Assembly (NCBI GenBank): GCA_038243335.1
Contig: JBBSRF010000001.1
Span: 1-50,736, forward strand
Direction: 5' to 3'
DNA: 50,736 nucleotides
DNA from: Sphingobacteriales bacterium
GTDB taxonomy: Bacteria; Bacteroidota; Bacteroidia; Sphingobacteriales; Sphingobacteriaceae
A program made the position numbers and the translations under genes. Shown piece after piece: positions 39,024 to 48,903 of this stretch (the first letter of the stretch is position 1; every line of letters begins with the position of its first letter). The notes under the pieces are model-generated. The model saw only the letters and a program-made list of their open reading frames with translations. It was not told where the DNA came from and did no database searches.

Positions 39024-39145
39024 AACTTGAGAAAAAGCATTGTAGCACCTTTTCTATTAATTAATTGGTAACGATTTAATTATCTTACTTAATTACGACT
39101 TATTAAAAGTCAAAAAGGTTAAATTTGAAAAAAATAGTAAATATC

Positions 39146-40543
39146 ATGAGTTTTAGAATAGAACACGATACCATGGGCGAGGTTCAAGTGCCCGTTGATA
39201 AATATTGGGGTGCACAAACTGAGCGCTCACGTAATAATTTTAAAATTGGTCCCGAGGCGAGTATGCCAAAGGAAATTATACATGCTTTTGGATATTTGAA
39301 AAAGGCAGCGGCAATGGCTAATACAGAGCTAGGTGTTTTGGCTCAAGAGAAATTAAATTTAATTGCTAAAGCTTGTGATGAAGTGATTGCGGGTAAATTG
39401 GATGCTGAGTTTCCATTGGTAATTTGGCAAACTGGTTCTGGTACGCAAAGCAATATGAATGCAAACGAAGTTATCGCTAATCGTGCTCATGTAATTAATG
39501 GTGGTAGTTTAGCTGATGATCAAAAAGTTTTGCATCCAAATGATGATGTAAATAAATCTCAATCTAGTAACGATACCTATCCAACTGCAATGCATATTGC
39601 AGCATACAAACAAGCGGTTGAGATTACTTTACCGGGATTAGAAAAATTAAGGAATACTTTACACAAAAAAGCAACCAGCTGGAATGATATCGTGAAAACG
39701 GGTCGTACACACTTTATGGATGCTACGCCTTTAACTTTAGGTCAAGAGTTTTCTGGTTATGTACAACAAATAGACAATGGTATTAGAGCAATAAAAAATG
39801 CTTTGGTAATGATTAGCGAGTTGGCTTTGGGCGGCACAGCGGTTGGTACAGGATTAAACACGCCAGCTGGATATGATGTTTTAGTTGCAAAGAAAATTGC
39901 AGAATTAACAGGTTTAGCTTTTGTTACTGCACCAAATAAATTTGAGGCTTTAGCTGCGCATGATGCAATGGTAGAATTATCTGGCGCTTATAAACGTGTG
40001 GCAGTTTCTTTAATGAAAGTAGCTAATGATATTAGAATGTTAAGTTCTGGGCCACGTTGCGGTATTGGCGAGATTGTGATACCAGATAACGAACCAGGTT
40101 CATCAATTATGCCGGGTAAAGTTAACCCTACACAACCAGAGGCTTTAACTATGGTTTGTGCACAAGTGATGGGTAATGATGTAACGGTAAGTATTGGCGG
40201 TAGCAATGGTCATTTTGAACTAAATGTTTTTAAGCCTGTTATTGCTGCTAATTTGTTACAAAGTGGCCGTTTATTAGGAGATGCTTGCGTTTCTTTTAAC
40301 GATAAATGTGCTGAGGGTATGGAGCCAAACAGGCCAATTATACAGCAACATATGGAGAACTCTTTAATGTTGGTTACAGCTCTTAATCCTCATATTGGTT
40401 ACGAGAATGCAGCTAAAATTGCTAAAAAAGCACATAAGGAAAATAAAACTTTACGTGAATCTGCTGTAGAATTGGGCTTGTTAACTAGCGAACAGTTTAC
40501 GGCATGGGTTAAGCCAGAAGATATGGTTGGGAGCCTAAAATAA
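39146..40543 (+). CDS. fumC: Class II fumarate hydratase
   Basis: Start at ATG 39146; [34 protein letters not shown] signature. Confidence 0.98.
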   Translation: MSFRIEHDTMGEVQVPVDKYWGAQTERSRNNFKIGPEASMPKEIIHAFGYLKKAAAMANTELGVLAQEKLNLIAKACDEVIAGKLDAEFPLVIWQTGSGTQSNMNANEVIANRAHVINGGSLADDQKVLHPNDDVNKSQSSNDTYPTAMHIAAYKQAVEITLPGLEKLRNTLHKKATSWNDIVKTGRTHFMDATPLTLGQEFSGYVQQIDNGIRAIKNALVMISELALGGTAVGTGLNTPAGYDVLVAKKIAELTGLAFVTAPNKFEALAAHDAMVELSGAYKRVAVSLMKVANDIRMLSSGPRCGIGEIVIPDNEPGSSIMPGKVNPTQPEALTMVCAQVMGNDVTVSIGGSNGHFELNVFKPVIAANLLQSGRLLGDACVSFNDKCAEGMEPNRPIIQQHMENSLMLVTALNPHIGYENAAKIAKKAHKENKTLRESAVELGLLTSEQFTAWVKPEDMVGSLK

Positions 40544-40589
40544 GTTAAAGGTTTAAAGTATAAAGTTTGAGATATCTTAATAAGAAATA

Positions 40590-41096
40590 ATGATTTTTAA
40601 TAAACAGATTTACTTTTTACTTTCAACTTATTTAATTTTTACATGTATTTCATGTACGCGTTTGCCAAATGTGCAAGGCAATGGTGAAACCATTTTACAG
40701 GGTGTTTGGAGTCAAGATAGTATTGCAAATAAGGAACAGTTGCTAACCTATACAAAACATGATTTTAAAATTAGTTGTGATTCATTTTATGTAGATTTAA
40801 CTACGTATTCTAAAGTTAACTATTACGAAGATTCGTGTTTTAACAATGGCGTTTGGAAAGAGCATGCCAAAGGAGTTTACAAGGTTAAAGGGGATACTTT
40901 GTTTTTGGAAGGGGATTTTACAAAGCCGAACTATAAACAAAAAATATCAGGTTGTTACCGTAGTGGTCGCTACTTACCTAGTTTTAAAATTAAATCTTTT
41001 GGGCCAAATAACGTGGTTTTAGAAAGTTTAAATGATCAGAGGGAATGTGCATTAGTTTTAAAAGAGAAAATTACCTGTGTACCTAAAGAATTATAA
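40590..41096 (+). CDS. Hypothetical lipoprotein with several Cys
   Basis: Lipobox CISC; beta-rich mature part with five more Cys. Confidence 0.7.
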   Translation: MIFNKQIYFLLSTYLIFTCISCTRLPNVQGNGETILQGVWSQDSIANKEQLLTYTKHDFKISCDSFYVDLTTYSKVNYYEDSCFNNGVWKEHAKGVYKVKGDTLFLEGDFTKPNYKQKISGCYRSGRYLPSFKIKSFGPNNVVLESLNDQRECALVLKEKITCVPKEL

Positions 41097-41146
41097 AATG
41101 AGATTATTATGATAACTCTATCACTGAAGGGAAAAAAATTATAAAA

Positions 41147-41938
41147 ATGAAAAATTTAAAAAGGATTATTATCGCAGTTATTTTGGCCTATTTGCCATTT
41201 AGCGCGAATGCTTGGGGTGTTTTAGGACATAGAATTGTAGGTGAGGTTGCAGATCATTATATAAACGCAAAAACACGAAAAGCTATTGAACAAATTTTAG
41301 GTACGGAGAGTATGGCAATGACTGCAAATTGGGCTGATTTTGTAAAATCTGATCCGAGTTATAGTTATTTAAGTAACTGGCATTATGTAAATCTTCCTGC
41401 TAATTTATCTCAAACAGATGTATTCAGCTATTTAGAGAATTACCCTGAAGCAAATATTTATAGTAAAATTAACGAGATGGTGGAAGTGCTAAAAAACAAA
41501 AACAGTACTTCAGACCAAAAGAAATTAGCTTTAAGAATGGTAATCCATCTAGTTGGAGATTTACATCAGCCGATGCACACTGCTCGTAAAGATGATTTAG
41601 GTGGAAACAAAGTCCTATTATCATGGTTCGGTGGAAAAACAAATTTACACAGAGTTTGGGATAGTGATTTAATCGATTTTCAAGGTTTAAGTTTTACTGA
41701 ATATACCAAAGCCATTAATCACACAACGAAGCAACAAGTTTTAAGTTTGCAAAGCACTAGTTTAAAAGACTGGGTTTTTGAATCTTATGGTGTTTGTAAT
41801 AAAATTTATGCAACAGGTATTAAAACTGATGATAAATTGAGTTTTAATTATAATTTCGATTGGATTGATACAGCAAATCAGCAATTATTAAAGGGCGGTG
41901 TTCGCTTAGCAGGAATTTTAAATAGCATTTATAAATAA
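41147..41938 (+). CDS. S1/P1 nuclease family (secreted)
   Basis: Signal peptide ANA|WGVLGH (N-terminal Trp Zn ligand), WAD, WHYVN, HLVGDLHQPMH, NLHRVWD. Confidence 0.95.
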   Translation: MKNLKRIIIAVILAYLPFSANAWGVLGHRIVGEVADHYINAKTRKAIEQILGTESMAMTANWADFVKSDPSYSYLSNWHYVNLPANLSQTDVFSYLENYPEANIYSKINEMVEVLKNKNSTSDQKKLALRMVIHLVGDLHQPMHTARKDDLGGNKVLLSWFGGKTNLHRVWDSDLIDFQGLSFTEYTKAINHTTKQQVLSLQSTSLKDWVFESYGVCNKIYATGIKTDDKLSFNYNFDWIDTANQQLLKGGVRLAGILNSIYK

Positions 41939-41957
41939 ACTTTAATCGGATCAAGCA

Positions 41958-42407
41958 TTGAAAATTTTAATGGTTTGTTTAGGAAATATTTGTCGCTCGC
42001 CTTTGGCGGAAGGCATAATGCGCCATTTAGTTAAGGAACAGAACTTAAATTGGGAGGTCGCTTCTGCTGGTACTGGAGAATGGCACATCGGAAGTCCGCC
42101 AGACTATAGAGGGATAGAAGTGGCAAAAACATACGGATATGATATTTCTGCACAAAGAGCCCAGCTTTTTACATCTTATTTATTCGATAAGTTTGATAAA
42201 ATCTTGGTAATGGATAAACAAAATTATAAAGATGTTTTAAAGCATGCTAAAAATGAAGAACAAAGAAGTAAAGTGAGCTTTTTCTTGGCTGATGAGGGAG
42301 AGTTGTTAGACCCTTATAAACATAGTGATTTATTCGATTACGTTTTTAAAGAGGTTGAAGCTAGATGCAAGCGATTGATTGAACAATTTAAAAAAGAAAT
42401 TAAATAG
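41958..42407 (+). CDS. Low-molecular-weight protein-tyrosine phosphatase
   Basis: P-loop CLGNICRS, SAGT, DPY; TTG start. Confidence 0.95.
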   Translation: MKILMVCLGNICRSPLAEGIMRHLVKEQNLNWEVASAGTGEWHIGSPPDYRGIEVAKTYGYDISAQRAQLFTSYLFDKFDKILVMDKQNYKDVLKHAKNEEQRSKVSFFLADEGELLDPYKHSDLFDYVFKEVEARCKRLIEQFKKEIK

Positions 42408-42422
42408 GTTTTAATAGTAAAT

Positions 42423-42986
42423 ATGGAACAGTTACCTCAGTTATTTATGGTTTTGTTAGGGGCAACTCCTAAAGGTAGGAATATAGAACAACATGATATT
42501 TATTTTGGCATTGGTAATTCTATCAAAGAAATTTTGCCAGAAATGATTGCCTTTTGGCCAGAGGCGAAAGGTAAAATCCATCTTGATGCTTATCGAATTA
42601 TAAATAAAGTTGGCAACTATAAAGTAGAAGTTATAGCCAAAAACCAAGAGGTTAAATCTGATTTGAATAGTCTGTTCTTTTTAAATTTAGGCGGGTATAA
42701 AAAGGGAGAATTTGAAGAATTACACTATAAAATGTTGGTAGTTTCAGATCAAAAAGCATTGGCAATTAAAGAATCTAAAGAAACTGCATTTTACAAGCAC
42801 ACAGGCTTTAAAGGAGCTACTTCACATATTGATGACAAGTTTGGAGTAGATGTTGATGATGTGTTTAAAATTGAAGATATACTTTCAAAAGAAGCAAAAA
42901 GTAAATACGCATTAAAATTTACTCTTACGCAAAATATTCAAAAGGATGAACTGGTGCTTGGATATATACCTTTATCTAAAATTTAA
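42423..42986 (+). CDS. DUF1543 domain protein
   Basis: LFMVLLG..NIEQHD, HLDAY, LFFLNLGGY..ELH, HIDD duplicated pattern. Confidence 0.85.
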   Translation: MEQLPQLFMVLLGATPKGRNIEQHDIYFGIGNSIKEILPEMIAFWPEAKGKIHLDAYRIINKVGNYKVEVIAKNQEVKSDLNSLFFLNLGGYKKGEFEELHYKMLVVSDQKALAIKESKETAFYKHTGFKGATSHIDDKFGVDVDDVFKIEDILSKEAKSKYALKFTLTQNIQKDELVLGYIPLSKI

Positions 42987-43052
42987 ATTTGTCATTCTGA
43001 GTAAAAAGTCTTTATAAAAGAGGTTCTTTTAAATGTTCAGAATGACAAATTT
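42985..43052. repeat. REP-like palindromic element copy 2
   Basis: Perfect 16-bp terminal inverted repeat AAATTTGTCATTCTGA/TCAGAATGACAAATTT. Confidence 0.8.
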
Positions 43053-43056
43053 TTAT

Positions 43057-43497
43057 TTATTCAGGCTGTAATTTTGTAGCAATAGCAATTCTATTCCAAG
43101 CATTTATTGTAATCACTAACATAATTACCTGAGCAATATAGTTATCGTCTAAAATTGATTTAGCATTTTGATAAGTCTCATCAGAAAGACCACTATTTGC
43201 AATTAGTGTAACCTCTTCAGTAATTGCTAAAATAACTCTTTCTTCTTCTGTATATAAATCATGCACTTCTTTCCATGCATTTAATAAGTAAATGCGTTGT
43301 TCTGTTTCGCCATTTTTTCTTGCATCTGTAGTATGCATATTTATGCAATAAGCACAACCGTTAATTTGAGATGCTCTGATCTTAATTAATTCTTTATGCG
43401 TTTTGGTAAGGGAAGATGTAGTTAAATAAGATTCCAAAGCATACATTGCTTTAATAGCAGCCGGCTCAGTTTTTTCGATATTAATTCTGGTTTCCAT
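43057..43497 (-). CDS. Carboxymuconolactone decarboxylase / AhpD-like protein
   Basis: ELIKIRASQINGCAYCINMH, INAWNRI. Confidence 0.93.
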   Translation of the reverse strand: METRINIEKTEPAAIKAMYALESYLTTSSLTKTHKELIKIRASQINGCAYCINMHTTDARKNGETEQRIYLLNAWKEVHDLYTEEERVILAITEEVTLIANSGLSDETYQNAKSILDDNYIAQVIMLVITINAWNRIAIATKLQPE

Positions 43498-43522
43498 ATT
43501 AAATTTATTTTTAATGAGGAGA

Positions 43523-43568
43523 CAAATCTAAGTCGTAAAAATTAAACAAATCTTAATCTAGTTTAAGA
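43523..43568 (-). promoter_or_regulatory. -7 box plus Crp/Fnr-like palindrome
   Basis: TAGATTTG (43530-43523) and TCTTAA-N6-TTAAGA (43551-68). Confidence 0.6.
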
Positions 43569-43575
43569 AATGGGG

Positions 43576-44145
43576 TTAACTGTATTTTTTTCTGAGTTCA
43601 CTCAAGTATTCGGGTGTTAAACCTAAATAAGAAGCCAACATATATTGAGGTATTCTTTGAACAAAATTTGGGAATTGACTTACGAAAACGCGGTAACTTT
43701 CTTCTTTAGAGTAATCATGAAAATATTTAACTCGCATTTGTGATGCAGCATAAGCTCTTTGCATTGCAATTCTAAAATATCTTTCTAGTTGCGGCAATTT
43801 TTCAAAAAGCTCTTCTTGTTTATGATGTTCTAAACAAACGATCTTCGAATCTTCAATAGACTGAATGTAAAACTGAGATGGGCTTTGCATAATTAAACTC
43901 ATATAATCAGATAACCACCAATTTTCTAAAGCAAAATAAGTCACCTGTTCAATTCCTTTTTCATTAATAAAATACATTCTTAAGAGACCATTTTCTACAA
44001 AATAATTTGATGTGCATATTTGCCCTTCTTTAAGTAAGAAATCTTTTTTCTTAATAGATTTAAACTTGACAGAATTAGAAATCAGTTCAACTTCTTCAGG
44101 TGATAATGAGATATACTTTTTAAGATGGCCAATGAAATTTTGCAT
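43576..44145 (-). CDS. Crp/Fnr family transcriptional regulator
   Basis: Start likely ATG 44145; cNMP-binding fold (YFVENGLLRMY), HTH RIPQYMLASYLGLTPEYLSELRK. Confidence 0.93.
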   Translation of the reverse strand: MQNFIGHLKKYISLSPEEVELISNSVKFKSIKKKDFLLKEGQICTSNYFVENGLLRMYFINEKGIEQVTYFALENWWLSDYMSLIMQSPSQFYIQSIEDSKIVCLEHHKQEELFEKLPQLERYFRIAMQRAYAASQMRVKYFHDYSKEESYRVFVSQFPNFVQRIPQYMLASYLGLTPEYLSELRKKYS

Positions 44146-44177
44146 AACTATTTTTGAAGTTTTACTCAAATTAAATC

Positions 44178-44220
44178 AATAAAAAATGCCTCCTAAATTT
44201 TTCAGAAGGCATTTTTTATT
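44178..44220 (-). terminator. Intrinsic terminator after cphA
   Basis: AATAAAAAATGCCT...AGGCATTTTTTATT perfect 14-bp inverted repeat. Confidence 0.8.
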
Positions 44221-44231
44221 TTCATCAAATA

Positions 44232-46850
44232 CTATTTTTTATCTAATTCCTTATCTAAGTAGTTAGTTGCTTTATGGATTGCATTATCAATAGTGTCACT
44301 TAAAATAGTGATAAATGATCCTGACTTAGCTTTTGTGATCAATTCTTTCATGCAATCCTCGCCATTGTTATTAATCGAAATTGGAATATTAGGCTTTATT
44401 TCTCTTAATCCGGCAGTTAGTAAATCAATTAATTCTTGTTGTGTTCTTCCTCTAAGGTATTTCTCTTGACAAATCACTACTCTATCAAACATTTGAGCCG
44501 CAATTCTAGCCGTTTCGATGATATCTTCATCTCTTCTATCACCTGTTCCAGATATTACGCCAACATGTTCAGTTGCTTCAACGGTTTTTAAGTAGTCCTT
44601 GATGCCATTAAAACCATCAGGATTGTGTGCAAAATCTACTAGAACCTTAAATTCTTTAAACTTAAAGATGTTCATCCTTCCTGGAGTTTGGGCAGCAGAT
44701 GGAATGAATGTTTCTAAGGAAGTTCTAATGTCTTCTGTTTTATACCCCCACAAAAATGTAGTTAATGTGGCTGCTAAAACATTCTGAATCATAAAATCTA
44801 CCGAACCATTAAATGTTAAAGGAATATGGTTAACTTTTTCTACACGTATCTTCCAATCACCTTTTTTAATAGTTACATATCCATTTTCATAGATTGCTGC
44901 AATTCCACCAGCTTTGCAATGGTCTTTAATCACGGGGTTTTTCTCATCCATACTAAAATAAGAAATATTACAATCTGCATTTGCAGCTATTTTGAGACAA
45001 TATGAATTATCTGCATTTAAAACAGCCCAACCACTCTTTTTAACAGCGCCAATAATCACAGATTTTACTCTAGTTAAATCATCCAAATTATCTATATCAG
45101 AAATGCCTAAATGATCTTCTTGAATATTGGTTACAACACCAATATCACATTTATTAAATCCTAAACCGGCACGTAAAATACCACCTCTAGCAGTTTCTAA
45201 AACAGCAACTTCCACAGTTGGATCTTTTAAAACAAACTCAGCACTAAATGGGCCTGTAGTATCACCTTTCATCAATAAAGTATTTTGAACGTAAATACCA
45301 TCTGACGTTGTGAAACCAACTCTGCTACCATTATTTTTTAAAATGTGAGCTATTAAACGAGTGGTGGTAGTTTTACCATTGGTGCCAGTAACTGCAATAA
45401 TTGGAATTCGAGCAGATTTTCCGGGCGGATACAGCATGTCAATTACAGGGGCTGCAACATTACGAGGCAAACCTTCGCTTGGTGCCAAGTGCATTCTAAA
45501 ACCTGGTGCAGCATTTACTTCTATTACTACGCCACCATTCTCGGTTAATGGTTCAGTTAAGTTTTTTGCCATGATATCAATTCCACAAATATCCAAACCT
45601 ATAATACGAGAAATTCGTTCAAAATTGAAAATATTTTGAGGATGAACTTGATCTGTTACATCTATTGAAGTTCCGCCGGTGCTTAGGTTAGCCGTAGATT
45701 TTAAATAAACAATCTCTCCTTTCGGCACAACAGTATCTAAACTATAGCCTACTTTTTCTAACAAATCTAATGTATCGCGATCAACAAGTATTTCTGTTAA
45801 TACATTTTCATGCCCATAACCACGTCTTGGATCTTGATTTTCTTTGTCTATTAATTCTTGAACAGTAAGTTTAGCATTCCCTTTAACATGCGCTGGGACA
45901 CGCAAGGCTGCAGCAACCAATTTATGGTCTATCACAAGAGCTCTAAAATCATGACCGGTAATAAAACGTTCTACAATAATTCTTCTAGAGTATTCCCTAG
46001 CATACTCAAAAGCAGCAATAGCTTCCTCTTCTGTTTTTACATTTATCGTTGCTCCTTTGCCATGGTTTCCATCTATTGGCTTAAAAACAAGTGGAAAACC
46101 AACTCTTTTTATAGCGTCGTGAACATCTTCTAGAGAAGATACGGTTACACCTTTAGCAATAGGAATTGCAGCATCACTTAACAAACGCTTAGTTTCATCT
46201 TTATTTCCAGCAATATCAACAGCGATACTACTTGTTTTTTCAGTCATGGTTGCTCTAAAACGAACTTGATTTTTTCCATAACCGAGTTGTACTAAAGAAC
46301 TTTTATTTAATCTGATCCAAGGAATGTCTCTAGCAATTGCTTCGTCTACAATTGAGCCAGTACTAGGTCCTAAACGCTCAGATTCCCTCAGTTCACGCAT
46401 CTTTTGAATATCGTAATCCAAATCATATTCTTCATTAGCAATTAATGCTTCAGCAATTCTTACAGAAGCTTCCGCTGCAAAAACGCCAACTTTTTCTTCT
46501 AAATAACTAAAAACTACATTATAAATACCATCGGTTTTGGTTTGCCGTGTTCTACCAAATCCAGTTTCCATTCCTGCCAAAGTTTGTATCTCTAATGCGA
46601 TATGCTCTATCACATGTCCCATCCAGGTTCCTTCCTCAATACGGGTTAAAAAGCCTCCTGGAACACCTTTCGAGCATCGATGAGAAAATAAGGTTGGAAT
46701 TAATTTTTCAATTCTTTCTCTAAATCCTTCTATTACATTTGTTGGGCGTTCCTCAAGTTCCTCTAAATCCAAACGCATTTGAATTAATTTTTTTCTATTA
46801 ATAGACCAAATGTTTGGTCCTCTTAACACTTGTATGCCTAATATTTTCAT
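44232..46850 (-). CDS. cphA: Cyanophycin synthetase (CphA1)
   Basis: 872 aa; N domain (RGPNIW, HVIEH), ATP-grasp (LGPST, KPIDGNHGKG, EVNAAPGFRMH), Mur-ligase domain (VTGTNGKTT, ETARGG, DFAHN). Confidence 0.97.
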   Translation of the reverse strand: MKILGIQVLRGPNIWSINRKKLIQMRLDLEELEERPTNVIEGFRERIEKLIPTLFSHRCSKGVPGGFLTRIEEGTWMGHVIEHIALEIQTLAGMETGFGRTRQTKTDGIYNVVFSYLEEKVGVFAAEASVRIAEALIANEEYDLDYDIQKMRELRESERLGPSTGSIVDEAIARDIPWIRLNKSSLVQLGYGKNQVRFRATMTEKTSSIAVDIAGNKDETKRLLSDAAIPIAKGVTVSSLEDVHDAIKRVGFPLVFKPIDGNHGKGATINVKTEEEAIAAFEYAREYSRRIIVERFITGHDFRALVIDHKLVAAALRVPAHVKGNAKLTVQELIDKENQDPRRGYGHENVLTEILVDRDTLDLLEKVGYSLDTVVPKGEIVYLKSTANLSTGGTSIDVTDQVHPQNIFNFERISRIIGLDICGIDIMAKNLTEPLTENGGVVIEVNAAPGFRMHLAPSEGLPRNVAAPVIDMLYPPGKSARIPIIAVTGTNGKTTTTRLIAHILKNNGSRVGFTTSDGIYVQNTLLMKGDTTGPFSAEFVLKDPTVEVAVLETARGGILRAGLGFNKCDIGVVTNIQEDHLGISDIDNLDDLTRVKSVIIGAVKKSGWAVLNADNSYCLKIAANADCNISYFSMDEKNPVIKDHCKAGGIAAIYENGYVTIKKGDWKIRVEKVNHIPLTFNGSVDFMIQNVLAATLTTFLWGYKTEDIRTSLETFIPSAAQTPGRMNIFKFKEFKVLVDFAHNPDGFNGIKDYLKTVEATEHVGVISGTGDRRDEDIIETARIAAQMFDRVVICQEKYLRGRTQQELIDLLTAGLREIKPNIPISINNNGEDCMKELITKAKSGSFITILSDTIDNAIHKATNYLDKELDKK

Positions 46851-47113
46851 TTTTCTATAGTTTAGTGGTATTAAATGCTGCGATTTATTTCATTGAAAAG
46901 AAACTCTCAAAGAAAAAATTAAAGTATAAATTTTTTTTCAAATTTTTAGTTAATCATAAATTTAAAGTTTGTTAGTTTTTAAAATTCAGTTTTTTAAAAA
47001 ATTAATACAAAATGCTTTAATGTTAATTAATATGAAAATATTGAAAAGTATAATGTTAATTATTGAACTAATGCCTATATATTTGGCTTTTAGCGATTAT
47101 CTAAACTATAAGA

Positions 47114-47986
47114 ATGGCTCCAAAAGGTAAATTAATTATAATTGGTGGTGCAATAAATACAGGAAGTTTTGCAGAAACTCAATTCGGACTACCACAAAAC
47201 ATGAACTTTTTTGAGCGTGGAATTTTAAAGCGAATAACTACGGAATCTGCAAATGGAAGCGAGTCAAGATTTGAAATTATGACTACCGCTTCATTAATTC
47301 CTGAAAAAGTTGGTGAAGAATATATCAAAGCTTTTGCTCAATTAGATGTGAACAATGTTGGAGTGTTGAATATTGGAAGTAGAGAAGAAGCCAACAGAGA
47401 AGAGTACGTAGAACGAATAAAATTAGCAGATGTTATCATTTTTACTGGTGGAGATCAATTGCGTTTATCTTCTATATTTGGTGGTACTGAAATTCATCGT
47501 GTGTTATTAGATAAGTATCAAAATACTGAATTTGTAATAGCTGGAACTTCTGCAGGTGCTGCGGCAAGCTCAAAGAACATGATTTACCAAGGCAGTAGTA
47601 AAGATGCATTGCTAAAAGGCGAAGTTAAAATAACGGGTGGCTTAGGTTTTATTGATGGTGTTATTGTTGATACTCACTTTGTGCAACGTGGCAGAATAGG
47701 TAGATTATTATATGCAGCAGCAAGTAACCCTGGGATTTTAGGAATTGGCTTAGGCGAAGATACAGGTTTGTATATTAGCAACAATACAATGGAGGCAATT
47801 GGTTCTGGAATGGTAATTCTGGTTGATGGTCGCCAGATGGCGGATACCAATTTAACAGATGTTGAGATGGGACAACCAGTTTCCATTAAAAATATGGTTG
47901 TGCATGTAATGTGCGACGGAGATACTTATGATTTAAGCAATCATGAATTGGCAATTCATCATCCAAATGTTGTTACAGTAGATTAA
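47114..47986 (+). CDS. cphB: Cyanophycinase
   Basis: IIGGA, FTGGDQLRL, GTSAGA (catalytic Ser), DTHFVQRGRIGRL, GEDT; divergent from cphA. Confidence 0.95.
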   Translation: MAPKGKLIIIGGAINTGSFAETQFGLPQNMNFFERGILKRITTESANGSESRFEIMTTASLIPEKVGEEYIKAFAQLDVNNVGVLNIGSREEANREEYVERIKLADVIIFTGGDQLRLSSIFGGTEIHRVLLDKYQNTEFVIAGTSAGAAASSKNMIYQGSSKDALLKGEVKITGGLGFIDGVIVDTHFVQRGRIGRLLYAAASNPGILGIGLGEDTGLYISNNTMEAIGSGMVILVDGRQMADTNLTDVEMGQPVSIKNMVVHVMCDGDTYDLSNHELAIHHPNVVTVD

Positions 47987-48040
47987 TTGATCTAGATAAA
48001 TAATTCGATATTTAACAATAGCTTACTAATCTATACAAAA

Positions 48041-48883
48041 ATGAAAGTAATTATTCACGGTGGTTTTTTTAGCGAGTCTAATACCAATCAGGAAACAAAA
48101 AAAGCTAAACAAGATGCTTTAAGCTATATTGTTGAGCGAACACATGAATTTTTAAAAACCCATACTGCTTTAGAAACCGTTGTTTATGCCGTAGGATTAT
48201 TAGAAGACAATGAGCTTTTTAATGCTGGTATAGGTTCACAGTTACAGAGTGATGGCAAGGTGCGTTTAAGTGCTTCGTTAATGGATGGCAAAACACAGAA
48301 ATTTAGTGGAGTAATTAATTTAGAGGATGTAAAAAATCCAATTGAAGTAGCTAAAGAATTATTGGCTTACGAAGATCGGGTGTTAAGTGGAGAAGGTGCA
48401 TTGGCTTTCGCTCGAGATAAAGGTTTCGAATATTTTAACCCGATTACAGCACAAAGACAAACTGAATACGAAGAAAAATTAAATCAAATTTATAGAAAAG
48501 GAACAGTGGGTTGCGTAGCGTTAGACGAGCAAGGGAATATAGCCGCAGCAACATCTACTGGAGGTAAAGGTTTTGAAATTCCTTATCGCGTAAGCGATTC
48601 GGCAACCGTTGCAGGTAATTTTGCTAATAGTTTTGCAGGTATCTCCTGCACAGGTGTTGGAGAAGATATTGTAAGTACTGCATTAGCAGCTAAAATTGTA
48701 ACCCGAGTTACAGATGGTTTTACCTTGCAAAAAGCTTGTGATAAATCTTTTGCTGAACTCAAACCTTTTGATGGTTTTGCAGGAGTAATAGGTATTTCAG
48801 CTAATGGAGAAATTTATCATTGCGATTCGCATTCATACATGGTTTGGGCTTCTTTTGATGCTAAATTAAAAGTATTTAACTAA
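48041..48883 (+). CDS. iaaA: Isoaspartyl peptidase / L-asparaginase (Ntn hydrolase)
   Basis: IIHGG, FNAGIGS, G|TVGCVALD autoprocessing Thr, ATSTGG, RVSDS, SCTGVGE. Confidence 0.9.
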   Translation: MKVIIHGGFFSESNTNQETKKAKQDALSYIVERTHEFLKTHTALETVVYAVGLLEDNELFNAGIGSQLQSDGKVRLSASLMDGKTQKFSGVINLEDVKNPIEVAKELLAYEDRVLSGEGALAFARDKGFEYFNPITAQRQTEYEEKLNQIYRKGTVGCVALDEQGNIAAATSTGGKGFEIPYRVSDSATVAGNFANSFAGISCTGVGEDIVSTALAAKIVTRVTDGFTLQKACDKSFAELKPFDGFAGVIGISANGEIYHCDSHSYMVWASFDAKLKVFN

Positions 48884-48903
48884 AAAGTTACTATCTTTAT
48901 TAC

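Noticed and set aside
38833..39048. 71-aa minus-strand ORF
   Set aside because: No recognisable motif; overlaps the structured element and promoter region
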